Source of the DNA: Macrostomum lignano | Lineage: Eukaryota | NCBI GenBank assembly: GCA_002269645.1 | Contig: NIVC01001471.1 | Location: 124,001 to 188,000, forward strand | Direction: 5' to 3' | Length of the DNA stretch: 64,000 nt | Shown: piece after piece, positions 13,099 to 27,258 of the stretch | Position numbering within the stretch: the first letter of the stretch is position 1 | How the letters are laid out: each line of letters opens with the position of its first letter | The notes under the pieces: generated by a model | Seen by the model: only the letters and a program-made list of their open reading frames with translations | The model's database searches: none | What the model was told of the DNA's origin: nothing | Program-made: the position numbers and the translations under genes

Positions 13099-13416
13099 GA
13101 GTGGCAAACAGATTCTCAGTCACTTGCAGCTGCATCGGGTTCCTCCGAGCTAACAAAGCATCGCGAACTCAAGTATCATTAAACAGAAAAAACTGCATCA
13201 CGGATGAATCGTGACAAAAACTGCTCGAGCAGAAGAGGATTCGAGACACCTGCTGCTCACAGCCAATCAAGGCGATTCTTGGGCTGGAAAGAAAATCGTG
13301 AACTGAGTGAGAGAGAGAGAAAACCGGGCCTTCTTCTTGATCGATAACTCGCTTCGCCTCGCTGCTCCCCGTTCGAGTTTCTCAAAGTCCTTTCGAGGTC
13401 CTCAGCCAAGCCAGTC

Positions 13417-15202
<1,786 letters not shown>

Positions 15203-15524
15203 GGACTTTCAAACACTTCTTATTGGTAGGTTGAGGGTCGAAAGACAAAATAACTTACTTTTTTGTACAACATAAACCTCATTACTGTTTTAATTGACGC
15301 ACAAAAATGTAATTATCGGCTAGTGAATTTCTGTCTCTTGTATACGAGATTTACCCAAAGTTCCAGCTGCTATAATTTATTGTTGTCTGCGCCTCTGCTA
15401 CCAGTTTCATGTTTGACAAACAATTGCTGGCTTGGAAACTGGAAGCTGGAGGAGAAATCGATGGGGCTGAGCCCTCTGAGCCCAACGACTTTAACTATCA
15501 AGCTCTGCGCTTTGCTCCGTCCTT

Positions 15525-16522
<998 letters not shown>

Positions 16523-17393
16523 GTCCTTATGAATCCTTCTAAAATCTTTCCGCTTGTACCTGAGCTCCTATTTATTAGGTAAAGAAGAATTATTTTCACC
16601 CTAAATTTGCTTATTAAATATGCTTAAACACCCTACTTTCGACGCTACTTAGTACGCTCATAATTTGAGTGCAATTATTCAACACGAATGCACGGACTAA
16701 CAGATATGCAAAATAAATTTATTCCTGGAATAGTCGCAACTTTGAGAAGCATTTTTTCGGTTGCAAAGCTACGAAAACTTGGATTGTACATTTTTTATTA
16801 AATATGCATCTTACTCTGGATGTAGTGAGAGATGCCGCAGCTGCTGTTGACGGGCAGATGGAAGCGCAGAAAAGATATTTTAAGCGCAAAAAGCAAATTT
16901 TTCCAGTGGAAATTCTGCTGTTGCAACCAACTTCACGTAAAAATTCTGAATTTGAGGCTGAGAGGCCCTGCCTGACCGTCAGAGGGTCCTGCTGTACCAT
17001 GTCTCGATCTATCGGTGCCCAGGCCCATGAGGAACTTATTGTTTTACACATCATTAGCTTGGTAGGTCATTTGAACCAACAGAAATGGGGGTATTAAGGA
17101 GAAAAATGAATAATCTAATTCTATTCGGTTCTGTTAACACAGCACGCACAAGAAAAAAGCAAGCGAAAGATTGAGACGGCAAACAAAGGAGCGGTAAGGC
17201 TTGAGTCGACTGGCTTTATACGAACTGCTGCTTGGGTTTATTTGCTTCACTGAAGAAGAAGTTGTCAAAGCAGAGAAAGAATAAGGCAAACAGTGTTCCT
17301 CTGGCACCTTAGTTTTCTTCTTTTTCTTGTGCGGCGAAACTTATAAAAGACCAGTTTTTCTCTTTGTGGCTCAGCTAGTTTGCAATCAATTTT

Positions 17394-17407
17394 GTTGCTA
17401 TGGCAAC
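17394..17407. promoter_or_regulatory. RFX X-box GTTGCTATGGCAAC overlapping the dynein light chain start codon
   Basis: Near-palindromic 14-mer matching the X-box consensus GTYNYYATRRNAAC. Confidence 0.65.
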
Positions 17408-19583
17408 GCAAGAAGCCGCTAATAAACCTCGACCTGTAAAAGTCCAGTGGCAGAGAGGCGACATTGCGGAAGAGTATCGAGGCAGCATCCTCGAGACCGT
17501 TGCTATGGTGAGCTATGGTCATAGACACAGTTTCTCATCCGGTCATAGAAACAGTCCGGTCATAGACACAATTTCTCATCCGGTCATAGAAACAGTCCGG
17601 TCATAGACACAGTCCGGTCATAGACACAGTCCGCTCATAGACACAATCCGGTCATAGACACAGTCCGGTCATAGACACAGTCCGGTCATAGACACAGTCC
17701 GGTCATAGACACAGTCCGGTCATAGACACAGTCCGGTCATAGACACAGTCCGGTCATAGACACAGTCCGGTCATAGACACAGTCCGGTCATAGACACAGT
17801 CCGGTCATAGACACAGTCCGGTCATAGACACAGTCCGGTCATAGACACAGTCCGGTCATAGACACAGTCCGGTCATAGACATAGTCCGCTCATAGACACA
17901 ATCCGGTCATAGACACAGTCCGGTCATAGACACAGTCCGCTCATAGACACAGTCCGGTCATAGACACAGTCCGGTCATAGACACAGTCCGGTCATAGACA
18001 CAGTCCGGTCATAGACACAGTCCGGTCATAGACACAGTCCGGTCATAGACACAGTCCGGTCATAGACACAGTCCGGTCATAGACACAGTCCGGTCATAGA
18101 CACGGTCCGGTCATAGACACAGTCCGGTCATAGACACAGTCCGGTCATAGACACAGTAATTAGGGGATTCCTAATTCCCTAATTCCCTAATTCCTAATTC
18201 CCCTAGTCTTTCTGTCTCGTACTGAAATTCACCCCAAATGCCGCAGGTTGCCGAGACTCACCCTGAAGCAGACAGTTTAACCAGAGAATTGAAAAACCAA
18301 TTAGACGCGATCTATGCCCCAACGTGGCAGGTTGTTGTTGGGAAGTCATTCTCCAGGTGAGTTTTCCCTAGTTTTTATCCCAATTCCTCGATTTTCCGAT
18401 TCCCCAACTCCCCGATTCCCTCCATTCTTCAATTACCACAATTAACACAATTCCTCAATTCCCCGATCCCCCAGTTCCCTAATTCCCCGATCCCCTAATT
18501 CCCCGATCCCCCAATTCCCCGATTCCCCAATTTCCCAATCCTCCAATTCCCCGATTCCCCTAATTCCCCTATTCCCCTGTTCCCCTAATTCCCAAATTTC
18601 CCTATTACCCAATTCGCAAATTCCCCGATCCCCCAATTCCCTAATTCCCCGATCCCCTAATTCCCTGATTACCCAATTCCCTAATACCTCGATCCCCCGA
18701 TTCCCCGATCCCCTAATTCCCCGATTCCCCAATTTCCCGATCCCCCAATTCCGTAATTCCCCGATTACCCAATTCCCTAATACCTCGATCCCCCGATTCC
18801 CCGATCCCCTAATTCCCCGATTCCCCAATTTCCCGATCCCCCAATTCCGTAATTCCCCGATCCCCGAATTCCCCGATTCCCAAATTCCCTAATACCTCGA
18901 TCCCCCGATTCCCCGATCCCCGAATTCCCCGATTCCCAAATTCCCGATTTCCCAATTTCCCGATCCTCCAATTCCCCGATTTTCCTAATTACCAATTCCC
19001 CTAATTCCCCTAATTCCCCTAATACCCCTAATTCCCCTAATACCCCTAATTTCCCTATTCCCATATTCCCCTAATTCCCCAATTTCCCTAATTCCCCGAT
19101 CCACGAATTCCCCGATTCCCCAATTCCCGATTCCCCAATTTCCCGATCCTCCAATTCTCCGATTTCCCTAATTACCAATCCCCTAATTCCCCAATTCCCC
19201 TATTCCCTAATTCCCAAATTTCCCTATTCCCCGATTCCTCAATTCCCCGACCCCCCAATTCCCCGATTTCCCAATTCCCTAATTCCCCGACCCCCCAATT
19301 CCCCGATTTCCCAATTCCCTAATACCTCGATCCCCCAATTCCCCGATTCCTCAATTCCCCGACCCTCTAATTCCCCGATTTCCCAATTCCCTAATACCTC
19401 GATCCCCCAATTCCCCGATTCCTTTAAGTTCGAATTCGCCAAATCCCCAATTTAGCACACCAGCCTCTCAAACCCCCTTGCCACTCACAAACCCATTGCA
19501 GCTACGTGACCCACGAGAAGGGGTCATTCGGGTACATCCAGTGCAACCAGCTGGCTGTGATGATATTCAGGGCGGGCCTCTAG
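17400..19583 (+). CDS. Divergent LC8-family dynein light chain, 99 aa; exons 17400-17507, 18247-18356, 19502-19583 (not in the ORF track)
   Basis: Spliced product MATQEAANKPRPVKVQWQRGDIAEEYRGSILETVAM|VAETHPEADSLTRELKNQLDAIYAPTWQVVVGKSFS|SYVTHEKGSFGYIQCNQLAVMIFRAGL*; the second half aligns to the LC8 signature [22 protein letters not shown]. Canonical GT-AG sites, phases 0 and 2. Confidence 0.9.
17510..18157. repeat. 17-bp minisatellite (CCGGTCATAGACACAGT) filling intron 1 of the dynein light chain
   Basis: Over 30 tandem units starting just after the donor. Confidence 0.95.
18375..19450. repeat. Degenerate C-rich 8-9-bp repeat (TTCCCCGA / TTCCCTAA) filling intron 2 of the dynein light chain; G-run-rich on the minus strand
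   Basis: Read directly; also present at 18165-18205. Confidence 0.9.
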
Positions 19584-20366
19584 CATTTTTGTTGAGACTC
19601 CCGCGCGCTGCTCGACAAAATAATTCTGTTTTCAGCATTCTGTACGAAAATTAAATTAAAATAATTAACCAAGCAAGGCAAGCTTTAATTAATAAATGAA
19701 AGGCAGAAAAGCATCAAATCATTTTTACGATTAATTTGCATAAATAAATGACAGTTAGCTACTCACAGTAGAGAAAATAGTAAATTAATTCACATGCTTA
19801 TTTTTGTGATTTTTTCGATTTGAAAGAACCAGAATTCTGGGGGCAAGTTTGAAGTTGAACAATTTTAAGGAAGACAGGCGTGAAAGGAAGCAATCTCTCG
19901 GATAAGTGATGCAGAATGAAGCTGCACCTGCAAATTCTGCAAATTTCACTGGAGGCGCAAGTTGCATCAGCAAGATAGAAATTTTTCTTTTTTTGAGTCC
20001 CTAAATTGACAATTTCTCTCACACAATTCTGAACTATATGTATATCTTGCCAATGCAATTTGCTATGAAACCTGCAGTGAAAATCACGCACAATGGGCAT
20101 GACATGATACATGATACATGATAATACATAGCCGACACATAGATGCAGTTAACAAGAAATGTTTATCTATTGATTTTAATCCATATATCTGGGTACAGTA
20201 ATTGATAGCTTATCTGTGGTTTTTCTGAGATTTTTAAGCTTAAAAAATGTCACTGTGCATTTAGTAGCTAACTCAGTGGTCTCAGATCATTGAGTTGACT
20301 GTTCAGGCTCGTATCTGCTTATATATTCATTTCGTCCCAGACATTCGGAAGAAATTGACGATTTAG

Positions 20367-20745
20367 CCCGAACCCCAAGGGAGAATCGCCCCGAACCCCA
20401 TTGGAGAATCGCCCCGAACCCCATTGGAGAATCGCCCCGAACCCCATTGGAGAATCGCCCCGAACCCCATTGGAGAATCGCCCCGAACCCCATTGGAGAA
20501 TCGCCCCGAACCCCATTGGAGAATCGCTCCGAACCCCATTGGAGAATCGCCCCGAACCCCATTGGAGAATCGCCCCGAACCCCATTGGAGAATCGCTCCG
20601 AACCCCACTGGAGAATCGCCCCGAACCCCATTGGAGAATCGCCCCGAACCCCATTGGAGAATCGCCCCGAACCCCATTGGAGAATCGCCCCGAACCCCAT
20701 TGGAGAATCGCCCCGAACCCCATTGGAGAATCGCCCCGAACCCCA
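20367..20745. repeat. 23-bp minisatellite (CGAACCCCATTGGAGAATCGCCC), ~16 copies, just past the stop of the taperin-like gene
   Basis: Near-perfect tandem units. Confidence 0.95.
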
Positions 20746-20783
20746 GCGGATAATCGCCCATTTGTGCATTGAGGTGCGGAGAA

Positions 20784-22717
20784 TCAGAACAGCAAGTCTG
20801 GAGTAGCCGATGTCGACCACTGCTTCTGCTGTTGCAGATTCTGCTCCTTAGCGCTCTCTTGCTGCTTTAGATGCGCATCAGCGGCGCCACCGGAGCTGAC
20901 CGGCTTTCTGGAGCCCCACTGGAATCCGGATTCGCTCGCTAGCTTGGCCTGGTAACTGCCAATGTCCGCTGCCGCCGCTGCTGCTGGGGTGATGGAGAAA
21001 GATTGAATTTAGTGGTTGAAGCAATGCTGGAGCTTTAAAACGGCTCGAAGCGCTGGTGAATGGAAAAATATATTCTGGTATAGTATACGATTCTGGTATA
21101 ATGATTCTGGTATAACCTGGTATAGTATACGACCAATGCGTTAGTACTAGTGGTTTCTATTCTTCCTCACACCTGGTTCTATATGCTTTCGTTTCTATCC
21201 TCTCATTCGTTCGTTTCTATCCGCTCTCCCTCTTCTCTCCCTCCCCTCTCCCTCCCCTCTCCCTCCCCTCTCCCTCCCTCTCTCCCTCCTTCTCTCCCTC
21301 CTCTCTCCTCTCTCCCCTCTTCCTCCTGTCTCCCTCCCTCTCTCCCTCCTCCCTCCCCTCTCCCTCTTCTCTCCCTCCCCTTTACCTCCCCTCTCTCACT
21401 CGTCTCTTCTCCCTTCCCGTCTCCCTCTTCTGCTTCTCCCTCTCCCCTCATCCCTCACCTGAACTTTTCCCGTTAATTTCCGGCTGCATTGCCGAGCCCG
21501 TGGTCCTCTGCTCCTGCTGATAAGGCAGCTGCGGCTGCTGCTGCGTGCACAAAGGTGGTGACGTCACTGGACGCTCCTTAGCCTCCGGTGGTGGCGACTT
21601 TCGCAGCTGCAGCACCAAATTCCGATTGATGATGGGCGGCACGGCCTCAACGGGGTCGACGGGGTAGTCGGGGGTGATCTGCAGCTCGTCCATCAGGCTG
21701 CGCTCGCTCTGGTACTCGAATGTCTCGGCAAGGATGGAGTCTCGGGCGAAGCAGAGCTGCAATTAATGCGAGCAATTTGATTCTCATAAAAATTCAACTT
21801 CAATATCAGAAATTCGAAAACTTGTCTTCGCTCACCCGCTTCTTCCTTCTCCCCTCCGGTGACGGATCTGCCGACGACGATACCGCGAGAAGCCGCCGCG
21901 CCTCGGCCTCCAGCGCGGGATCCGGCGTGAAGCCAGTCCGCTCCTCGGAGCGCAGGTGGTCCCACACCGTGGCCTGAGCCCGACGCTCCGAGGTCATCAC
22001 CGGCTGCTGCGCCGACGGCTTCTGCTGCTCAGTCTGTCCAGATAGAGTCGACGGGGTCAAACGGACTGCGATGGAGCCTTCGGGCGCACCGGAGATGTCG
22101 GTGCCGAAGAACCAGCTGCGTCCTCCTGAACTGCCGCTGACTGTGGAAAGTCCAGGACGACGGCTTGTTGCTGACGCTGAACTGCTTGATAGCGCTGAAG
22201 AGCCAGTGAGTGCCGGCCTTTGCCTACTAGAGGGCGCAACGGAGGGCGCAACGGAGGGCGCAACGGAGGGCACAACGGAGGGTGTAACGGAGGGCGTAAC
22301 GGAGGGCGCAACGGAGGGCGCAACGGAGGGTGCAATGGAGGGCGTAACGGAGGGCGCAACGGAGGGCGCAACTAGGGGCGTAACGGAGGGCGCAGCGCTT
22401 GTAGCCGAATGCTGAGAAGTAATTATGACTCTGGCAGAAGCAACCGAACTCTGGCCGGAGCTGCTGGGCACAATCTGTCTAACTGAATTGCCGGCAAAGT
22501 TTGTTATTCTACTTGCTGAAACCGGCTCCTGCTGACGTTCGAACAGAGTCCTCTTAGACTGCACGTTTGCAGCGGGCACTGCAGAGGAGCCGGAGGTCTG
22601 TCTGCGCCCGTTGACAACGATATTCACTGGGCCGGGCATAGCAGACAGGCGAGTCCTGCTCCAGTTGAGTGCAAAACTCTGCTCAAGCTCGCCATGAACT
22701 GGTTTATTAAGTTTCAT
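20784..22717 (-). CDS. Low-complexity Ser/Pro/Gln-rich protein with a taperin/phostensin-like PP1-docking segment; exons (minus) 22717-21836, 21756-21459, 20983-20784; start codon uncertain
   Basis: Three exons join in frame via GT-AG (~459 aa). Splicing builds GRRKKR|LCFARDSILAETFEYQSERSLMDEL, resembling taperin KKMKISF...TTFEYPSESSL as I recall it. Contains a 12-bp coding repeat (PSVA/PSVT) at 22230-22390. Confidence 0.6.
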
Positions 22718-24810
22718 TTATATATAGCCTGCACTAGCCATTCTTCTCTGCGCACACTTTGACCAATAGGGGCGTAGCACTTTGGCGGACACTGTACCAA
22801 GGCAGTCGGAATACAGAACTCTGGCATCATAACCGAGAATGAACACTAACAATGAAGATTCTGACAAATAATTTGATGAAGTGTATTGAGTCTGGCTCTC
22901 TCCATCATAATGTAAAGTGCATGGACTGAATCGAAAAGGTTCTGTTTAATATGAAAGGGAGTTTGTCTGCATAGTCCATACAAGGACTGCTCAAGTATAG
23001 AAAGACGGAAAACTGCGTTTCTTGAAAGATTTGAGGAGGAAGTTTGTGCCATACAAATACATTATAGAGATAAAAGATTCTCATTTCCAATGACCCAATG
23101 CACATCTTTTGATATGTCTAGCTATTCTTAAAGTTCTATTAATACGGTATTTCAAAGAGCTTCTCGTATAGAAAATTGATTCTATGCGAATTTTATATTC
23201 ACGTTAGATTTTCATCATTTTAAGTTGTCTGTGTAACATAATGTGTAACAGCTAAGAACGATAAAACAGACTCATAAAACCAGTGAGTCACGTTGAGCCA
23301 TTTTTATGATTTTTAGGCACAGGACATACACGCTAGGATTTTTGTTCAGAAAAATGAAAACCTCCTATCTTCATAATGTATTTTTTAATAAAAAAAATTT
23401 GTTAGAAACAAAAGGTAAGAAGGAGCAGCTTTCAAAATTCTAAGTGAAAATTCGTTTGCGGTATATCAACTGCTGGTTTCGGGAATGCCTTGAATTACTG
23501 GAAGAGAATGCAAAGTGCATTGCACCAACGGGTAGCACGTCGAGTGCATGCCCTAAACAAAATCAGGCGTAGAATTAAATCAGAGCAGTAAGCAGCCATG
23601 GCTTAAAAATGTTCCAGTGTGTTCTGGATCCCATTTTTTTCAAAAGCAATAAACATGCAGTTCCTTGCAGAGCTATGCTAGCAGAGAGCAACATCGGTGC
23701 ACACACCGAAAGCCGCGCAGCAAGTCTTCATACTGCGCAGCATTTTCTGCTCCTGGCAGTCTTACAAAGAAGAGAGAACAGGAGAAGTGCCACTCCAAGA
23801 ATCGGTCCCCCGCAGCAGCAGAAATAGCAGAGAAAGCTATATAACTGCTACCCCGAGCACCTTTCACGGTCCGTGGGAGAGTTTGAACACAATTTTTTTC
23901 ACAGCAAAATTTCTAAGGAAAGAGAGATGCATCGAAATGAAGCGTGGTGGATGAGCTGAGTTTAAAAATCTCATCTAATATAATGAGTGCGGGAGATAGA
24001 TAGTACAGACAGAGATGTGTCGGCGCGGGCAGGGTTAGGGCAGACAAGGCCCTCTAGACTGTGTTGCTTTTATATTCGAACTCCATTTACTTCACGGCGT
24101 CTACGCTCCATTTCACTGAGATTCCAACTTACTAGCACAAACAGCACCCGAGCCTTTCTGAGTAGCAATATAAGCAGCTTCAGCTTTGTACTCTTCCTAT
24201 CGCACAGCAAAGCGATGGGGTATAGATACTGTGGTGTCCAGTTTGCATTAGTTGCGTGAGTGTGCGAGTGTCTATACTCATATCGTGTCGCAAGGTCAGC
24301 ACTTATGTCCTCGCTGCCGTTGTCTTGCTGTTCTCTCGATATAATAGCGCTCCCCAACAGAAAGAAAATTAGAAACAAGCAGGCTATACTTTTGAGACCA
24401 TGAGTACCTGATTGGAAGATGTACTATATACATATCTCATACGCTGGTTGAAGAACATACATTGTTTCATCAACAAATAAGCACCTAAGGTTATAGGGAT
24501 ATCTGATGCATGTTATTTTAAGTGCATGTGCACTGTGCAATGTGCACAATACAAATTTTTCAAACTGGGATTACAAATGGATCCGTCACCTACTCGTGTA
24601 GTTTATCAATACCAGATTTCTACTCCTTAAGACATGCACATTAAACGGACGGCCAAATTCAAGGATCGAGAGTGTAACGTCTATAACGATCGTGTTTCTA
24701 TAGCGGTCCTTGGCCAAAATATGCATGTGCATGCAAACTTTCGTTAGTTAAAATCTACAGTACATGCATACATATACTGTAGATTCAGTGTGATTTCAGT
24801 GTGAATCAAT

Positions 24811-26648
24811 CCCACTGGGAAAGGGTACATCGAAACGACGTCGAAACGACATCAAGATATCGAAATCATGTCGTTTTTTAAAAAATGAAAATGGGATCGA
24901 AAAAACGATTAATTATTGCATAATTGTCCCTTTTTTAGCCTTTTTCGTATTTATTTGGCTTAAATTGGGTATTTTTTCCATGTCGTAAGTAAGTCGTTTT
25001 GTACGACATCGAAGTATTATGTCGTATCGATGTCGTAACGACATCATTTTTTGCAATTGAACCCATATCCAAAGCATGACGTACTGACATTGTCGAAACG
25101 ACATTGGTTACACACGGCATCACAGTTCTCCGTTCCAGTGACAGTTCAAAATGAAATTGCTATTTCACGTCATGCTTTAGTCAATAAACAATTCTTAGTG
25201 AGCAGGCTGAGGAGTTTTACTTATTTAGATCTGTATTAATTGTATTAGTTGTGCAAATCCACACTGGCTAGGCCTAGCTACTGCTACTGCACACATTACA
25301 AGTTAATTCAGTTTACAGTAGATATGATCATGCTTCATGTACATGGTTCTATCCAGCCTCTGTCCATTGCTTCTTAAAGCCGACATGCCCAGGTGCCACA
25401 CTCCTCCAGGTCATCTTTGACCTTATCGTTCTCTTCGCACCCAGTACAGATGTTTGATACTCTTCAACCGCGAATCCTCATGCTCCCTAAGTCCCAGCCA
25501 TTGTAGTCGCCATGCCTTTTCAATGTGATCTTTCCCACTTTCAAGATCCACCTGTTACTCCTGTTCTCACTATTAAAATCCTGTCATCAACCGCAGCGTC
25601 CTTACCTGTCACTCACTGCCGATTCTCCTAATCTGTCGTGACGTCACTGCACCACCTTGATTAATTACCAATTAGAAATATGGGCTAACCCTATTGTAAG
25701 ATGTAACCATACAGAAGAACCCTACAGATTATAATACTAATTTAAGATTATTTAGATGCCAGCTCATTGAGCCATTTAATCAGTACTTCTTTTTCTCACA
25801 TAGTTCTCGCTGTTTGCTGTTATCGAATTTGATTTTTCTTCTTTTTCGAAGAAGTTTTCCTCTTTATTTTGCAGTGCAATGTTTTCACAGTTCATCTATA
25901 ATGCTCGCTATAGCTCATTGAGCCCTGTTATCTATGCTTCAATTTTTTATGCAGTTAGTTGACTGTTATCACTGTCACTGTTACCAAAAAGCTCGTAGTT
26001 TACAGAAAAATAATACAAATTATACTTTTTTGTAATTCATCTTCTGCTGTTACCTTGTGTGCCATTATATTAAAACACGATTATATCGTCCATATACTAA
26101 AAATGGTTTGTCTTACATACATCCCTTTACTCATTTCAATATTTGTAACTTGCACAATAATTGAATTTACCGGTTTTTCTACAACTAGCTATAGCGTACT
26201 GGCACAAAATGGTATGTCTGTATGATCTGTGTGATTCATTCTGTGCGCTTGTCTATCATTTTATACCGGAGCTCGAGTGAAGTTGAACCAATAGTACATT
26301 TACCATCTAGCAAAGAATCATTTTAAGCTATTCTACTTGTATATGATAGTTTTTTTATGGCTTAGAAATTTTTAGCAGGACATTATCGATCAGCAGCAGA
26401 TAGATTAAATTGCATTTTACGACACGCGAGGGCCGCGAAAACTACATGAAATTGAATACGACATCAATACGACATTGCGACATACATACGATGTAAAAAC
26501 GACGTACATACAATGTCGAAACGACATACATACGACGTCGAAACGATATAAACACGATGTCGAAACGACGTAGTAGGGCGGGGAAAAACCACGACGTCGA
26601 AACGACATCGCAAAACGACGTCGTTTCGACATCGTTTTTCCCAGTGGG
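24811..26648. mobile_element. Non-autonomous TIR DNA transposon, CMC/EnSpm-like
   Basis: Termini CCCACTGGGAAA ... TTTCCCAGTGGG, flanked by AT on both sides (2-bp TSD); subterminal arrays of CGACGTCG/CGACATCG at both ends; no coding capacity. Superfamily inferred from CCC termini and 2-bp TSD. Confidence 0.75.
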
Positions 26649-26825
26649 ATGAGCAAAATGACAAAATGACAAAATGAGAAAAATCATTTAAGTGTTCATG
26701 ATTTTACACGCAGATCATTCGATAGATGCGTGAAATGGCCTTTTTATTTTAATTAACTTTTCTCACTTTCTTTTTGCTATCGCTATTGCTTGTAATGGTA
26801 TGCTCATTTGTTGGAAATACTAATA

Positions 26826-26839
26826 GCAACCATAGCAAC
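26826..26839 (-). promoter_or_regulatory. X-box-like RFX site (GTTGCTATGGTTGC on minus) upstream of CCDC105
   Basis: Strong half-site CCATAGCAAC ~370 bp upstream of the acceptor (27209) of the first coding exon. Confidence 0.45.
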
Positions 26840-27258
26840 GATTTCCGAACATTGCCTTTGAATAGAAGAAAAGGTCAATGGAACCCTTTAAGTTTGAAGC
26901 AGCAAAATGAAATGATTACTGACCGAGTAGAGTAAGTTTGTAAAAGTAGTAACTGTTTTAAGAAAAGAATTAACGATTATCTATGTGATAGTTATTTTCT
27001 TAACGGACTAAGATAATTACAGTCAGATAAACAAACTATAATTTATATTTTTTAATAAACGGCTGTGCAACAAAAAATAAATAACTAAAATCCGTTACAA
27101 AGTTATTTGTTTTTTAATGAAAGACTTTGTAAAATTTCACTTCTTTAGCCCCCTAGTTTCTGAGCAAACTAATACTAATTTAAGTTAAACTTAATCTGTT
27201 CATTTTTAGGCTGAGATTGTGCCACAATCGTTGCGGGTGAATTATCTTCAAGCACAAA

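Noticed and set aside
17510-18157. Regular short repeats resembling a CRISPR array (also 20367-20745, 10597-11195)
   Set aside because: Units are head-to-tail with no unique spacers, there are no cas genes, and the context is eukaryotic.
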